Of a stretch of 64,000 nucleotides of DNA, positions 40,182-52,239 are shown piece after piece. The translations under genes were made by a program, and so were the position numbers. Source of the stretch: Cyanobacteria bacterium P01_A01_bin.123 (GTDB lineage Bacteria; Cyanobacteriota; Cyanobacteriia; Phormidesmidales; Phormidesmidaceae); assembly GCA_039815185.1 (NCBI GenBank), contig JBCBZT010000006.1:96001-160000 (forward strand), read 5' to 3'. The notes beneath the pieces are model-generated. The model searched no databases and was not told the DNA's origin. It saw nothing but the letters and a program-made list of their open reading frames with translations. Within the stretch, counting starts at the first letter, position 1, and each line of letters opens with the position of its first letter.

Positions 40182-42539
40182 ATGACAACGAGTCCTCCGG
40201 AGCAACGGCAACGGGCTAAGGTTGTTGTCGACAACAATCCGGTTCCCACCTCGTTTGAGCCGTGGGCAAAGCCGGGGCATTTCGAGCGTACCCTAGCACG
40301 GGGTCCCAAAACCACGACCTGGATTTGGGATCTGCATGCCGATGCCCATGATTTTGATACCCATACTGGTGATTTAGAAGATATTTCTCGCAAAATCTTT
40401 TCTGCTCATTTTGGCCATTTGGCCGTCGTCTTTATTTGGCTGAGCGGCATGTATTTCCATGGTGCTCGCTTTTCCAACTTTTCCGCTTGGATGGCTGATC
40501 CCATCAATGTTAAGCCCAGTGCCCAAGTGGTCTGGCCGATTGTCGGCCAAGATATCCTCAACGCTGATGTGGGAGGCGGTTTCCGGGGGATTCAAATTAC
40601 CTCTGGACTGTTTCAAATGTGGCGCGGCGCTGGGTTTACCCATGAATTTCAGTTGTTTTGGACTGCCATTGGTGCCCTGGTGATGGCAGCCCTGATGCTG
40701 TTTGCTGGGTGGTTCCATTACCACGTTCGTGCTCCCAAGCTGGAATGGTTCCGCAACTGGGAATCAATGATGAACCACCACCTAGCCGGACTCCTGGGTA
40801 TGGGTAGTCTGGGTTGGGCTGGGCATTTGATTCATGTGTCGTTACCAACCAACAAACTGCTCGATGCGGGTGTGCCGTTGCGAGATATTCCGTTACCCCA
40901 CGAGTTTATTCTTGATAAAAGCTTGATGGCCGATCTGTATCCCAGTTTTGCCGAGGGTTTGAAGCCATTTTTTACGCTCAACTGGTCGGTTTATGCAGAT
41001 TTCTTGACCTTCAAGGGGGGGCTCAACCCGATCACGGGCGGTTTGTGGATGACCGATATTGCCCATCATCATGTGGCGATCGCCGTGCTATTTATTGTTG
41101 CCGGGCATTTTTACCGCACCAATTGGGGCATTGGTCACAGCTTCCGGGAACTACTGGATGATGCCAGAACTCCCAAAATGCTGCCAATCTTTAACTTTAT
41201 TGGCCCGGTCGGGCATCGAGGGCTCGATAAAATCTTTGAAACCTCTTGGCATGCCAATTTGGCCATTCACCTAGTGCAGTTTGGCACGGCTAGCCTATTG
41301 GTGGCACACCACATGTATGCCATGCCGCCTTATCCCTATCTGGCCACCGACTATGCCACTGTCACGTCCCTATTTACCCACCACGTCTGGATTGCAGGCT
41401 TCTGCATTGTGGGTGGTGCTGCCCACGCGGCGATCTTCTTCGTCCGCGACTACAACCCCGCCGACCATGTCAACAATGTTCTCGATCGGGTGTTGCGCCA
41501 CCGGGATGCCATTATCTCTCACTTAGCCTGGGTCTGTCAGTTTCTGGGCTTCCATAGCTTTGCGATGTACTGTCACAACGACACCATGCGAGCCTTTGGT
41601 CGCCCCCAAGACATGTTTTCAGATACTGGGATTCAGCTGCAGCCCATTTTTGCCCAGTGGATACAGCAGATTCACACCATGGCGGTGGGCAATCCAGTTC
41701 TGCAAGCGGCTGAACCCCTGGGTAATGTGTTTGGGGGGCTACGCAATATTGAGCTATCGGGTCTGGGCACCACGGTACCCAATGTCGCGGCACCGATCAG
41801 CCATGCCTTTGGTGGAAGCGTTGTGGCCGTTGGTGGCAAGGTTGCCATGATGCCTATCCATCTGGGCACAGCGGATTTCCTGATCCACCATATCCACGCG
41901 TTTACCATTCACGTCACGGTGCTGGTGTTGCTCAAAGGGGTACTGTTTGCCCGCAGCTCTCGGTTAATTCCCGATAAGGGCGAACTGGGTTTCCGCTTCC
42001 CGTGTGACGGTCCGGGGCGTGGCGGTACCTGTCAGGTCTCTGCTTGGGATCATGTGTTCTTGGGGTTGTTTTGGATGTACAACTCCCTATCGATTGTGAT
42101 TTTTCACTTCTTTTGGAAAATGCAGTCGGACGTTTGGGGCACGGTGAACGCCGACGGGTCAATTTCCCACATTACGGCGGGCAACTTTGCCACGTCATCG
42201 ATTACTAACAATGGCTGGCTACGAGACTTCCTTTGGGCGCAGGCGTCTCAAGTGATTGGCTCCTATGGGTCTGCCCTTTCCGCCTACGGGTTGATGTTCT
42301 TAGCCGGACACTTTGTTTTTGGCTTCAGTCTGATGTTCTTGTTTAGCGGCCGCGGCTACTGGCAAGAGCTGATTGAATCGATCGTTTGGGCCCACAACAA
42401 GCTAAGGATTACGACGGCGATTCAACCCCGAGCCTTGAGCATTACCCAGGGTCGCGCCGTGGGGGTTGCTCACTACCTGTTGGGCGGCATTGTCACCACC
42501 TGGGCATTCTTCCTGGCCCGAATGGTAGCGGTGGGCTGA
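40182..42539 (+). CDS. psaA2: FRL PSI core PsaA2
   Basis: [17 protein letters not shown] motif; extra loop [32 protein letters not shown]. Confidence 0.96.
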   Translation: MTTSPPEQRQRAKVVVDNNPVPTSFEPWAKPGHFERTLARGPKTTTWIWDLHADAHDFDTHTGDLEDISRKIFSAHFGHLAVVFIWLSGMYFHGARFSNFSAWMADPINVKPSAQVVWPIVGQDILNADVGGGFRGIQITSGLFQMWRGAGFTHEFQLFWTAIGALVMAALMLFAGWFHYHVRAPKLEWFRNWESMMNHHLAGLLGMGSLGWAGHLIHVSLPTNKLLDAGVPLRDIPLPHEFILDKSLMADLYPSFAEGLKPFFTLNWSVYADFLTFKGGLNPITGGLWMTDIAHHHVAIAVLFIVAGHFYRTNWGIGHSFRELLDDARTPKMLPIFNFIGPVGHRGLDKIFETSWHANLAIHLVQFGTASLLVAHHMYAMPPYPYLATDYATVTSLFTHHVWIAGFCIVGGAAHAAIFFVRDYNPADHVNNVLDRVLRHRDAIISHLAWVCQFLGFHSFAMYCHNDTMRAFGRPQDMFSDTGIQLQPIFAQWIQQIHTMAVGNPVLQAAEPLGNVFGGLRNIELSGLGTTVPNVAAPISHAFGGSVVAVGGKVAMMPIHLGTADFLIHHIHAFTIHVTVLVLLKGVLFARSSRLIPDKGELGFRFPCDGPGRGGTCQVSAWDHVFLGLFWMYNSLSIVIFHFFWKMQSDVWGTVNADGSISHITAGNFATSSITNNGWLRDFLWAQASQVIGSYGSALSAYGLMFLAGHFVFGFSLMFLFSGRGYWQELIESIVWAHNKLRITTAIQPRALSITQGRAVGVAHYLLGGIVTTWAFFLARMVAVG

Positions 42540-42659
42540 CGACTGGGGTTCATGCCCCCATCGCCCCTCTCTTAAAACGGTGGATTGAGATGGCAAACCC
42601 CTCAATCCACCCCAGTGCTTTACATCTCTAACTCATCATTGAAAATTCAATTTTGAACC

Positions 42660-44891
42660 ATGGCGACAAAATTTCCGAAATTTAGTCAGGATTTGCAGCA
42701 AGATCCGACCACCCGTCGGCTCTTCTATGCGATCGCCACGGCCCATGATTTTGAAAGCCACGATGGGATGACGGAGGAAAATCTTTATCAAAAGATTTTT
42801 GCGTCCCACTTTGGTCATCTTGCCATTATCTTTTTATGGATTTCTGGCATTTTGTTTCATGTGGCCTGGCAGGGCAACTTCGAGCAGTGGATTCAAGATC
42901 CGCTGAATACTTCACCCATTGCCCACGCCATCTGGGATCCCCAGTTTGGCCCTGATGCCATTGAAGCGTATACCCAGGCTGGTGCCTTTAACCCGGTGGA
43001 TATCTGTTACTCCGGGGTCTATCACTGGTGGTATACCATTGGCATGCGCACCAACAATGATTTATTTGTTGGGGCGATGTTTTTACTGCTGCTAGCGGCA
43101 GTGATGCTTTATGCCGGATGGCTACATTTGCAACCCCGGTTCCGTCCCGGCCTAAGCTGGTTCAAGAATGCGGAATCTCGTCTAAACCACCACTTGGCGG
43201 GTTTATTTGGGGTGAGCGCTTTGGCTTGGACCGGACACTTGGTTCACGTTGCGATTCCCGAATCACGAGGCCAACATATCGGGTGGAACAATTTTCTCTC
43301 TGTTGCCCCCCATCCCGCCGGACTGACGCCGTTCTTCACGGGGAACTGGGGCGTTTATGCCCAAAATCCAGATACGGCAGAACACCTATTTGGCACGACT
43401 CAGGGATCTGGCACCGCGATTTTGACTTTTTTAGGGGGCTTCCATCCCCAAACTGAGTCTTTGTGGCTGACCGATATGGCCCATCACCACTTGGCGATCG
43501 CGGTCATCTTTATCATCGCGGGCCACATGTACCGCACCAACTTTGGCATCGGTCACAGCATCAAAGAAATGACCGATGCCCTGCAAGGGCCGGGTTGGAA
43601 AGGCTTCTTCATTGCCCCCCGAACTGGGCGCGGGCACCAAGGCATCTATGACACCTACAACAACTCTCTGCACTTTCAACTGGGGTGGCATCTGGCTTGT
43701 CTAGGTGTGGCCTGTTCGTTGGTGGCGCAGCATATGTATTCCATGCCACCCTATGCCTTTTTGTCTCGGGACTACACCACAATGTCGGCCCTCTACACCC
43801 ATCACCAGTACATCGCTGGATTTTTGATGGTGGGTGCCTTTGCCCATGGGGCGATTTTCTTGGTGCGAGACTATGACCCAGAAGCGAACAAAGATAATGT
43901 GCTGGCGCGGGTGCTCGATCACAAAGAAGCGATCATTTCTCACCTAAGTTGGGTATCTTTATTCCTCGGTTTTCACACTCTGGGCATCTATGTTCACAAC
44001 GACTGCGAGGTGGCCTTCGGTAGCCCTGACAAGCAGATTTTGGTTGAGCCTGTCTTTGCCCAATGGATTCAAGCCTTCCACGGCAAAGCTCTTTACGGCA
44101 TTAATTCACTGCTGTCTAATCCGGACAGTATTGCCACAACGGCTTGGCCCAATCACGCCAATGTCTGGCTGCCCAACTGGGTAGAGGCGATCAATAGCGG
44201 TACGAACTCGCTGTTTCTTACCATTGGCCCCGGAGATTTTCTGGTTCACCACGCGATCGCCCTCGGTCTGCATGTCACTACCCTAATCTTGGTGAAAGGG
44301 GCGCTGGATGCGCGCGGATCTAAGCTGATGCCGGACAAAAAAGACTTTGGCTACAGCTTTCCTTGTGATGGTCCCGGTCGTGGCGGCACCTGCGATATTT
44401 CCGCCTGGGATTCTTTCTATCTAGCCATGTTTTGGATGCTAAATTCCATGGGCTGGATCACCTTCTACTGGCATTGGAAGCACCTGGCCATCTGGGGCGG
44501 CAATGTTGCCCAGTTTAATGAAAGCTCAACCTATCTGATGGGCTGGTTCCGCGACTATTTATGGCTCAACTCGTCCCAGCTGATTAACGGCTACAGTCCA
44601 TACGGCACCAACAGTCTTGCAGTCTGGGCCTGGATGTTCTTATTTGGGCATTTAGCTTGGGCCGTCAGCTTCATGTTCTTGATCACCTGGCGGGGCTATT
44701 GGCAAGAGCTGATTGAAACCCTGCTGTGGGCCCATGAAAGTACACCGTTGTCCTTTGGCTATCCCAAAGATAAACCCGTTGCCCTGTCGATTGTGCAGGC
44801 TCGACTGGTGGGACTGACCCATTTCACGGTCGGCTACATTGCCACCTATGGCGCATTCCTAATTGCGTCAACGTCCAGCCGATTTCCGTGA
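42660..44891 (+). CDS. psaB2: FRL PSI core PsaB2
   Basis: [30 protein letters not shown]. Confidence 0.96.
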   Translation: MATKFPKFSQDLQQDPTTRRLFYAIATAHDFESHDGMTEENLYQKIFASHFGHLAIIFLWISGILFHVAWQGNFEQWIQDPLNTSPIAHAIWDPQFGPDAIEAYTQAGAFNPVDICYSGVYHWWYTIGMRTNNDLFVGAMFLLLLAAVMLYAGWLHLQPRFRPGLSWFKNAESRLNHHLAGLFGVSALAWTGHLVHVAIPESRGQHIGWNNFLSVAPHPAGLTPFFTGNWGVYAQNPDTAEHLFGTTQGSGTAILTFLGGFHPQTESLWLTDMAHHHLAIAVIFIIAGHMYRTNFGIGHSIKEMTDALQGPGWKGFFIAPRTGRGHQGIYDTYNNSLHFQLGWHLACLGVACSLVAQHMYSMPPYAFLSRDYTTMSALYTHHQYIAGFLMVGAFAHGAIFLVRDYDPEANKDNVLARVLDHKEAIISHLSWVSLFLGFHTLGIYVHNDCEVAFGSPDKQILVEPVFAQWIQAFHGKALYGINSLLSNPDSIATTAWPNHANVWLPNWVEAINSGTNSLFLTIGPGDFLVHHAIALGLHVTTLILVKGALDARGSKLMPDKKDFGYSFPCDGPGRGGTCDISAWDSFYLAMFWMLNSMGWITFYWHWKHLAIWGGNVAQFNESSTYLMGWFRDYLWLNSSQLINGYSPYGTNSLAVWAWMFLFGHLAWAVSFMFLITWRGYWQELIETLLWAHESTPLSFGYPKDKPVALSIVQARLVGLTHFTVGYIATYGAFLIASTSSRFP

Positions 44892-44922
44892 CCCAGCCTT
44901 GGCCAGGGTGAATATGGAACTG

Positions 44923-44980
44923 GCCAGATTGCTTAATATACCTAGAATCGCTGGGATACCCAGCATATAAGCAATCTGGC
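44923..44980 (+). other. Stem-loop between psaB2 and psaL2 (possible mRNA stability or processing element)
   Basis: 13-bp inverted repeat GCCAGATTGCTTA...TAAGCAATCTGGC enclosing GCTGGG-ATA-CCCAGC; no T-tract. Confidence 0.55.
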
Positions 44981-45129
44981 TCACCGTAGCTCACACAGCT
45001 TTGTGGTTACGGCGATACCAGCAACTTTCACCCCGGCCTTCAATCTGCGGACTCTCCTCGTCCCAGACTAGTCCTGGTCGAGGTTCAGCGACCAGGACTT
45101 TTTTCAACATTACGCTGCGAGGTAAAACA

Positions 45130-45699
45130 ATGACCTCTACTCAAAACCCGGCTTGGGCCGATGCCTATACCCAGGAAGATCCCATCCAACCCTATTTAGG
45201 GGATCCCCAGCTAGGCAATCTGGCGACCCCTTTGAATAGCTCTAGCTTAGTCAAGGCTTACATCAACAACTTGCCTGCCTACCGCTCTGGGTTATCACCT
45301 TTCCTGAGGGGATTAGAAATTGGCATGGCCCATGGCTATTTTTTGGTGGGGCCAGAAGTCGTGGTTGGTCCCCTGCGAGAAACTGCCCATGGAGCCAATC
45401 TGAGCGGTTTGATTACCGCCATCTATATCACCGCATCGGCTTGTCTCGGCATTTCCATTTTTGCCCTGGCAACCTTTCAGGGTGACCCCCGGGGAGCCTA
45501 TAACTCTCGCTCCAAAGACCGATTGCGTCCCCTACGCAACAAAGAAGACTGGTTTCAACTTTGTGCTGGCATTTTGCTGGGGTCAATGGGGGGAGCCATC
45601 TTTGCCTATCTGCTGCTAGAAAATTTTGGCGATCTAGATGCCATTTTGAGGGGGGCTGTCAATGTTAGTCAAGCGGTCTTCTCAGGCGGCATTGGATAG
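45130..45699 (+). CDS. psaL2: FRL PSI subunit PsaL2
   Basis: GNLATPLNSS, NLPAYR, RGLEIGMAHGYFL. Confidence 0.92.
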   Translation: MTSTQNPAWADAYTQEDPIQPYLGDPQLGNLATPLNSSSLVKAYINNLPAYRSGLSPFLRGLEIGMAHGYFLVGPEVVVGPLRETAHGANLSGLITAIYITASACLGISIFALATFQGDPRGAYNSRSKDRLRPLRNKEDWFQLCAGILLGSMGGAIFAYLLLENFGDLDAILRGAVNVSQAVFSGGIG

Positions 45700-45750
45700 G
45701 GACAGCAGTAGCGACGAACATCCAATTTACCCCAAAGAGGAAGACCCATT

Positions 45751-45969
45751 ATGGCCGACATGACTCAACTCACCGGAGCCTACGCGGCTCCCTGGTTACC
45801 GTGGATTATGATTCCACTCATTTTTTACATTCTTCCCTTTCCCGTTTTCGCCATCGTGTTTCTTTGGATCGAACGAGAAGGCGAAAGACAAGGGGCTATG
45901 GGACAAGACGCCTCGCCCCAATCATCAGCATCGCCATCTGACCCTATGGGGGCCACACCAACCTCGTAA
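45751..45969 (+). CDS. psaI2: FRL PSI subunit PsaI2
   Basis: GAYAAPWLPWIMIPL...FLWIERE. Confidence 0.9.
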   Translation: MADMTQLTGAYAAPWLPWIMIPLIFYILPFPVFAIVFLWIEREGERQGAMGQDASPQSSASPSDPMGATPTS

Positions 45970-46038
45970 TAAGGTCATAGATGGGCTGCGTCGCTCATCT
46001 TGTTTAGAACACGTTGCAGCTTTTTAGGAAACAATCCC

Positions 46039-46521
46039 ATGCGAAAGCTATTTGCAATCTTATTGCTGATTGTGCTCTGGGTTGGCGTTATGCCGCCAGC
46101 CTTGGCCGCATCAGATACCCATTTGATCCCCTGTCAAGAATCTGCTGCGTTTCAAGCGCGCCAACAGACTGCCCCAAAAAATTACTATTTCGATCAACCC
46201 TTGCAAACCTACTCATCTAACCTCCTGTGCGGTGAAGATGGCTTACCCCATTTGCAACTGCGGTTTGATCGGGCCATTGATATAGTGATTCCCTTCGCTA
46301 TTTTCTTTTACTTTGCTGGATTTGTGGGTTGGTCAGGTCGAGCCTATTTGATTGGCAGTAAACAAGCGTCTAAACCCGAGGAGGCGGAAATTTTTATTGA
46401 TATCCCGCTGGCAATTCGGTCGTTTACCCAGGGCTTACTGTGGCCGCTACTGGCGGTCAAAGAATTCAATACCGGGGAGTTAACGGTCAAAGAGAGTGAA
46501 CTTTCAGTGTCCCCTCGGTAA
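46039..46521 (+). CDS. psaF2: FRL PSI subunit PsaF2
   Basis: LIPCQES, LCGEDGLPHL, GWSGRAYL, EIFIDIP, C-terminal VSPR. Confidence 0.92.
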   Translation: MRKLFAILLLIVLWVGVMPPALAASDTHLIPCQESAAFQARQQTAPKNYYFDQPLQTYSSNLLCGEDGLPHLQLRFDRAIDIVIPFAIFFYFAGFVGWSGRAYLIGSKQASKPEEAEIFIDIPLAIRSFTQGLLWPLLAVKEFNTGELTVKESELSVSPR

Positions 46522-46621
46522 TGTTGGGAAGGCTTGGGGCGTTACAGCAATATCTAAACGCATCCTAAACATCTGAACTTTTTTCAGCCATTCAAAACCG
46601 CCAAATCAATCTGGAGATGCT

Positions 46622-46762
46622 ATGCAATATTTAATGAAATATTTGACCAGTGCCCCAATTATGGCTGCGCTAGCTTTAATTTTTCTGTCCGGGATAATGA
46701 TTGAACTGAATCGAATTTTTCCCGGTTTACAGTATGGCACCTATTTTCACGGCGGGCCTTAA
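46622..46762 (+). CDS. psaJ2: FRL PSI subunit PsaJ2
   Basis: Hand translation MQYLMKYLTSAPIMAALALIFLSGIMIELNRIFPGLQYGTYFHGGP*; GGAG RBS. Not in the ORF track. Confidence 0.92.
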   Translation: MQYLMKYLTSAPIMAALALIFLSGIMIELNRIFPGLQYGTYFHGGP

Positions 46763-47251
46763 GGATTCATAGTCCTGCCATAGCCATGTCAATTGCAGCC
46801 ATTAGAGCGTGTCAGCCATTAAACGCCAAACGCTTTATGGCTGGTCCAGCTCAACGAGCTAGGGGCTGTCACCGCTGCTCTCAAAGCAATAAACACTCTA
46901 ATTGATGACAGCTTCTAGTCATGGGCGCTCAAATATGCGCCCTTATCAACGCTTTGTGCGCACATTAAACCGATGCTTCATAACCTAATTTCAACGTATT
47001 TCAGTTAAGTTTTAGAACCAAAATTTTGACTTTAAACCGCGTCCACAACGGCCTTTTTTGAGCCGATCAGGACACTGAAACAGAGGTTAACTTTTATAAA
47101 CTTTGATAAAATATTGATTAATGTTCATTACAACTGCTTATCATATCTATACTGTTTTCTCATAATTTGTAGGGTGTCACCCAGCATCCGGCCTTTCAAG
47201 ACACGCCTTTTGTATTCGCTAATAAGACGCTATTTATCCAGGCAATAAAGT

Positions 47252-49219
47252 ATGAGGATTCTACTTGTTGACGACGATGAGTCAGTTGCCAAAGTTCTTA
47301 AAAAAGTTCTGACTGATGGGCACTACGCTGTGGACGTTGCTCACGATGGTCAAGCGGGTTGGCAGTTGGTCAACAGCTTTGACTATGACTTGATTGTGCT
47401 AGATGTCGTGCTGCCCAAGTTAGATGGCTTTGAATTTTGCCGTCGCCTCCGCGAGAAGTCTTATAGTATGCCTGTGCTGTTAGTGACTGCACTTGATTCG
47501 AGTACTAAGAAAATTACGGGACTCAATGCTGGGGCAGACGATTACATCACTAAACCTTTTGAATGTGAAGAATTGCTGGCTCGCGTCCGGGTCCTTTTGC
47601 GACGCGTTCAAGCGCCCGTTCTATCAACATTAGAATCGGGTGAATTACGCTTAGATCTGAATAGCCGGGAGGTGACTTATGGTAAGTTCTGCCTGAATCT
47701 GACGCCTAAAGAATATGGCCTGCTTGAATTATTTTTGCGCAATCCATCTCAGGTATTTAGCCGGGGCGCAATTTTAGATAATCTTTGGAGCTGTAGTGAA
47801 GCACCGGGCGAAGATACGGTGACAGCCCATATCAAAGGGCTCAGGCGTAAGTTGACCGATGCGGGTGCGCCAAACGATTTGATTAAAACGGTGTACGGTG
47901 TCGGCTACCGCCTTAAACCTGCCGCACTGACTGGGTCTGAAACCGATTCTGAACAAGCGACGCCAGTGTCTGCTGTAGCGCCTGAGTCGAAGCTGGCGAC
48001 CACCTCCCAAAAAACTAAAGCCGCGTTGGCGGCGCTTTGGCATTCAACTCAATTTCAACAAATTGAACGGTTGACTGTCCTCAAGCAAACGGTTCGTGCT
48101 TTGCAACGTCAACAGCTTACCGATGACCTACGGCAAGCCGCGATTCGGGCCACCCATAGCTTAGCGGGGTCGCTGGGCGTATTTGGTCTGAGTTCGGGAT
48201 CTGACCTGGCTCGAGCGATTGAGCAAATTTTGCAGGGCGATGCTCCCATTCATCCCGATGACCAAAAACAGCTGTTTAAGCTGGTCAAAGCTTTAGCCAC
48301 GGAGATAGAGCAGGCGCTACATCAACCTGAAGCAGTCCCACCGGGTTTAGTCTCTCCACCATTAGTGATTGTTGACGATAATTTGCTGCTGCAACAGCAA
48401 TTGACCCAAGCGGTTCAGACTCAGGGCTTAACCGTACGGGTTGTTGACCAGGTTGGGGTACTGCAAGCCCTGCGATCGCAGTTGGATGTCATCAAAAGGA
48501 GAGCTATCCCCCCTAACCACCCAGATAAGCCAAAGTCAGACAGGCCAGAGGTCGAGACATCTCTACCCGATGTGGTGGTGTTTGACGTATCTTTGGCAAG
48601 TCTCGATGATGCTGAACTCAAGCAACTATCGCAGCTGATTAATCAAGTGCCGCCCATGCTCTTGATCGTGGGGAGTGCCGATGGGAGTTTGGCCAATCGG
48701 ATTAGAACGGCTCAATTGGGCAGCCATTCTTTTCTTCACAATCCTGATGTAGCTACCCTGCTGAACAGTGTATTGAAGGTGCGATCGCGCCTTCAACATC
48801 CTGCTAATAAAGTGTTAGCGGTAGATGACGACCCCCAGATTTTGAATGCCCTGCGGGCTCGATTGGAACCCCAGGGGTTAGAACTGGTCACCCTAGATCA
48901 TCCCCTTGAGTTTTGGCCCACCCTCCAAGCTTCGGCTCCAGATCTCTTGCTGCTTGATATTGAAATGCCCAAATTTGATGGTCTCGAACTTTGTCGGGCA
49001 GTCCGTCAAGCGCCCGTTTGGAATCAGTTGCCGATTGTATTTTTTACAGCCCACGGCGATGCCACGACCAAAGCCGCCGCACTCCAAGCAGGGGCCAACG
49101 ATTTGGTCGAAAAATCTTTGATCGATGCAGATTTGCTCAGTCGGCTTTGCGATCAACTCAAGCGATCGCAGTTGCAACAGGCTATGACTGCGATCGCGGA
49201 TAGCCATTTTTCTAATTAA
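47252..49219 (+). CDS. rfpB: FaRLiP response regulator RfpB (REC-wHTH-Hpt-REC)
   Basis: Receiver domain, winged helix (IKTVYGVGYRL), Hpt (HSLAGSLGVFG), C-terminal receiver; first gene of rfpBAC. Confidence 0.92.
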   Translation: MRILLVDDDESVAKVLKKVLTDGHYAVDVAHDGQAGWQLVNSFDYDLIVLDVVLPKLDGFEFCRRLREKSYSMPVLLVTALDSSTKKITGLNAGADDYITKPFECEELLARVRVLLRRVQAPVLSTLESGELRLDLNSREVTYGKFCLNLTPKEYGLLELFLRNPSQVFSRGAILDNLWSCSEAPGEDTVTAHIKGLRRKLTDAGAPNDLIKTVYGVGYRLKPAALTGSETDSEQATPVSAVAPESKLATTSQKTKAALAALWHSTQFQQIERLTVLKQTVRALQRQQLTDDLRQAAIRATHSLAGSLGVFGLSSGSDLARAIEQILQGDAPIHPDDQKQLFKLVKALATEIEQALHQPEAVPPGLVSPPLVIVDDNLLLQQQLTQAVQTQGLTVRVVDQVGVLQALRSQLDVIKRRAIPPNHPDKPKSDRPEVETSLPDVVVFDVSLASLDDAELKQLSQLINQVPPMLLIVGSADGSLANRIRTAQLGSHSFLHNPDVATLLNSVLKVRSRLQHPANKVLAVDDDPQILNALRARLEPQGLELVTLDHPLEFWPTLQASAPDLLLLDIEMPKFDGLELCRAVRQAPVWNQLPIVFFTAHGDATTKAAALQAGANDLVEKSLIDADLLSRLCDQLKRSQLQQAMTAIADSHFSN

Positions 49220-49274
49220 CTGCCCAGCGATCAGATCTGCTTACCTCCAAAATGCCTAATGCCCAATTTTTGCT

Positions 49275-51836
49275 ATGCCCCTACAATCATCTGACTCAAT
49301 CAAAACCCCGGAGGTGCTGCTGCATCGGATGACCGATCGCATCCGCCAATCTATTGAGTTGCCTGAGATTCTAAATGCAACCGTCGATGAGATGCGCCGT
49401 TTTCTAGGTACCGACCGGGTTAAAGTTTACCGATTTCACGACGACAATAGCGGCGAAGTGGTTGCAGAGGCTATTCGAGATCAACACTTGCCATCGCTGT
49501 TAGGGCATCGCTTTCCGGCAGAAGACATTCCAGAACATGCCCGTGAGCTGTTCCTCGTGGCTCGTCAACGCACGATTGTCAATGTTGCCAAAAAAGAGAT
49601 TGGCATCAGCCCCCTGCTTTGCCATAAAACCCAAGCCCCTTTGGCCACCAGCGTTTGGTTTCGCCCCGTCGATCCGTGCCATATCGAATACTTAATGGCC
49701 ATGGGGGTACAGTCATCCTTAGTCGTGCCCATTCTGCATCGTCATCAGCTTTGGGGTCTGCTCGTTGCCCATCACCGGATTCCGCATCGTTTCAGCCGCA
49801 AAGAATTGGAAGTGGTTCAGCTGATTGCCAACCAGGTTGCCGTCGCCATCAGCCACGCTAATCTACTGCAATTAACCCGCCTACAGGGACAACACGAAGC
49901 TGTCATCAATCAAGTGGTCTCACTGCTGCACTCCACCACCCCAGATCCGTTACAAAAAGCATTAGATCAAATCGTCACCACGTTGCAATGCATTGGTGGG
50001 CGAATCTACATATCGGCAGGCAGTTTAGCGTCAACTGCCCAGCTAATCACCAATGGTGTTCAACCTGAACTGTCCAAAACCAAAATAGCTGGTCGTCGGC
50101 AGTCCACTCCAACACTCATCTTAGAGCAGTGCCCTGACTGGGCAAACTGGCTTGAGGCCGAAACTCCTAAGCAGTTGGTTAACCAACTTTGGGCAATTGC
50201 CGATATCAAGCAGACGCAGCTTTCATGGCCAGCCGTATCTGCTTTGATAGCCAAACACATTCGGGGGGTTTTGGTAGCCAGGCTAACCCATCGGAATCGA
50301 TTTCTAGGATATTTGACCCTATTTCGCCAATCTATTGATGTTGAAACCATTTGGGCCGGTCGCCTAGATCCTGTTGACCCGCGCAATCGTCGTCCCCGTC
50401 AGTCCTTCGAAACTTGGCGTGAACTCAAACGGGGACAGGCCCATCCTTGGGCGGCTCGGGAAATTGGGCTTGTCCAAGAGTTGGCTGATCGATTAGCGTC
50501 CGTGATTTACCAAACCCAACTCTACCAAGAAATTCAGGTCCTTAATGCTGACTTAGAACAGCGCGTGATGCAGCGCACGACTGAGCTACAACAACTCAAC
50601 GAAAATTTAAAACAAGAAATTGTAGAGCGAGAGCAGGCCCTGATTGAACTTCAGCAAGCTCGGGATTCGCTTAAACGCCTTAGTCATCAAAATGAGCTCA
50701 TTCTGAATTCTGCGGGAGAAGGCATTTATGGCATTGATGCCAACGGTCAGACAGTCTTTGTCAATCCGGCTGCTGTCAGACTATTGGGCTATGCCAAGGA
50801 GGAGCTGATCGAGCAATTTATGCACGATCTCCTCAATCACTCTATGTCAGATGGAACGCCCTATGGGTGGCAACAAAGCCCAATTTTCAAAACCTTAACG
50901 CATGGCCAAACCCACCATATTACCGGAGACTTATGGGAGCGGAAAGATGGGTTCCAATTTCCCACAGAGTACGTTAGCACCTCAATTCGCGAAAATAGCA
51001 ACATCATCGGGGCAGTGGTCATCTTCAAAGACATTACTGAGCGGCAGGTGATTGAGTCGATGAAAGATGAATTTATTGCTGTTGTTAGCCATGAACTCAG
51101 AACACCGCTCACATCTATTCGAACAGCCTTAGGGTTGTTAGCTCAAGAAGGCTTAGACATTCCCTCGCCAAAGCGTCAACGGATGGTGGAAATTGCTTCC
51201 TCAAATACTAATCGTCTGGTTAGATTGGTCAATGACATCCTAGATGTTGAACGGATGAAATTGGGTAAAATTACGCTCAACAAAAAAACCTGTAATTTGG
51301 CCGATATTATGTCTCAAGCTGCCGATGAGATGCAGGCCATGGCAGAAAATCATGATATCTACCTGTCGATTTGCCCCCTTTCAACACAGCTATGGGCAGA
51401 CCCAGATCGGATTATCCAAACGCTAACCAATTTACTCAGTAATGCGATCAAATTCTCCACAGCTGGCTCAAAGGTAGACCTTAGTGCTCAAAAGGTTGAT
51501 TCAAGTAATGCAGGGCTGCTGAAAGAAGCACTCAGCCATCAAGGCCGAGCCGCAATTCAGGCTGGTTTGGATATTGCAGAAACGGTGCTGCTTATCCAGG
51601 TTAGTGACCAAGGACAGGGGATTCCCAAAAACAAACTTGAAGCTATTTTTGGACGCTTTGAGCAACTCAATGTTTCAAACACGAGTCACCAAGGGGGCAC
51701 AGGGCTAGGCCTTGCCATCTGTCGCAGCATTGTTCAACAGCATGACGGCAAAATCTGGGCGCAGAGTTCTGTTGGCACGGGCAGCACATTTTACTTGACG
51801 CTACCGATACAACCTGAGGCACACCTAAATGGATAG
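49275..51836 (+). CDS. rfpA: Knotless red/far-red phytochrome kinase RfpA
   Basis: FPAEDIP and VDPCH GAF motifs, PHY tongue WAG...PRQSFETW, PAS, SHELRTPL. Confidence 0.93.
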   Translation: MPLQSSDSIKTPEVLLHRMTDRIRQSIELPEILNATVDEMRRFLGTDRVKVYRFHDDNSGEVVAEAIRDQHLPSLLGHRFPAEDIPEHARELFLVARQRTIVNVAKKEIGISPLLCHKTQAPLATSVWFRPVDPCHIEYLMAMGVQSSLVVPILHRHQLWGLLVAHHRIPHRFSRKELEVVQLIANQVAVAISHANLLQLTRLQGQHEAVINQVVSLLHSTTPDPLQKALDQIVTTLQCIGGRIYISAGSLASTAQLITNGVQPELSKTKIAGRRQSTPTLILEQCPDWANWLEAETPKQLVNQLWAIADIKQTQLSWPAVSALIAKHIRGVLVARLTHRNRFLGYLTLFRQSIDVETIWAGRLDPVDPRNRRPRQSFETWRELKRGQAHPWAAREIGLVQELADRLASVIYQTQLYQEIQVLNADLEQRVMQRTTELQQLNENLKQEIVEREQALIELQQARDSLKRLSHQNELILNSAGEGIYGIDANGQTVFVNPAAVRLLGYAKEELIEQFMHDLLNHSMSDGTPYGWQQSPIFKTLTHGQTHHITGDLWERKDGFQFPTEYVSTSIRENSNIIGAVVIFKDITERQVIESMKDEFIAVVSHELRTPLTSIRTALGLLAQEGLDIPSPKRQRMVEIASSNTNRLVRLVNDILDVERMKLGKITLNKKTCNLADIMSQAADEMQAMAENHDIYLSICPLSTQLWADPDRIIQTLTNLLSNAIKFSTAGSKVDLSAQKVDSSNAGLLKEALSHQGRAAIQAGLDIAETVLLIQVSDQGQGIPKNKLEAIFGRFEQLNVSNTSHQGGTGLGLAICRSIVQQHDGKIWAQSSVGTGSTFYLTLPIQPEAHLNG

Positions 51837-51867
51837 TCCAACTCCCTACGCCACGAGGCAACTATCG

Positions 51868-52239
51868 ATGGTTACCAAACGTATTCTCATCATTGACGAC
51901 GATGCTGATATCCGAGAAGCGACCCAGCTTTGTTTAGAAATCACGGGACATTGGGATGTTTTGAAAGCCAGTAGTGGCCCAGAAGGAATCGCGATCGCCC
52001 AATCGGAAACCCCCGACGTCATTTTATTGGACATTATGATGCCTGGGATGGATGGCTTCGCGACACTGCAAAGACTGAGAGAAAAAAACAGCACGCAGCA
52101 AATTCCGATTATTATTTTGACCGCTAAGGCCCAATCTCGTGAACGACAATCTTTTGGTCAGCTGAATGTTTTGTCTGTGATCACAAAACCTTATGATCCT
52201 TTAACTATATCCGACCAGATTCTATCGGTGCTAGCTTAA
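51868..52239 (+). CDS. rfpC: CheY-like response regulator RfpC
   Basis: KRILIIDDD...LLDIMMPGMDG...LTAK...KP. Alternative start at 51829. Confidence 0.9.
   Translation: MVTKRILIIDDDADIREATQLCLEITGHWDVLKASSGPEGIAIAQSETPDVILLDIMMPGMDGFATLQRLREKNSTQQIPIIILTAKAQSRERQSFGQLNVLSVITKPYDPLTISDQILSVLA

Noticed and set aside
46786..47010. Short ORF and TTCA repeats between psaJ2 and rfpB
   Set aside because: The ORF has no RBS or recognisable pattern, and the TTCA spacing (13 and 10 nt) does not fit the 11-bp motif.
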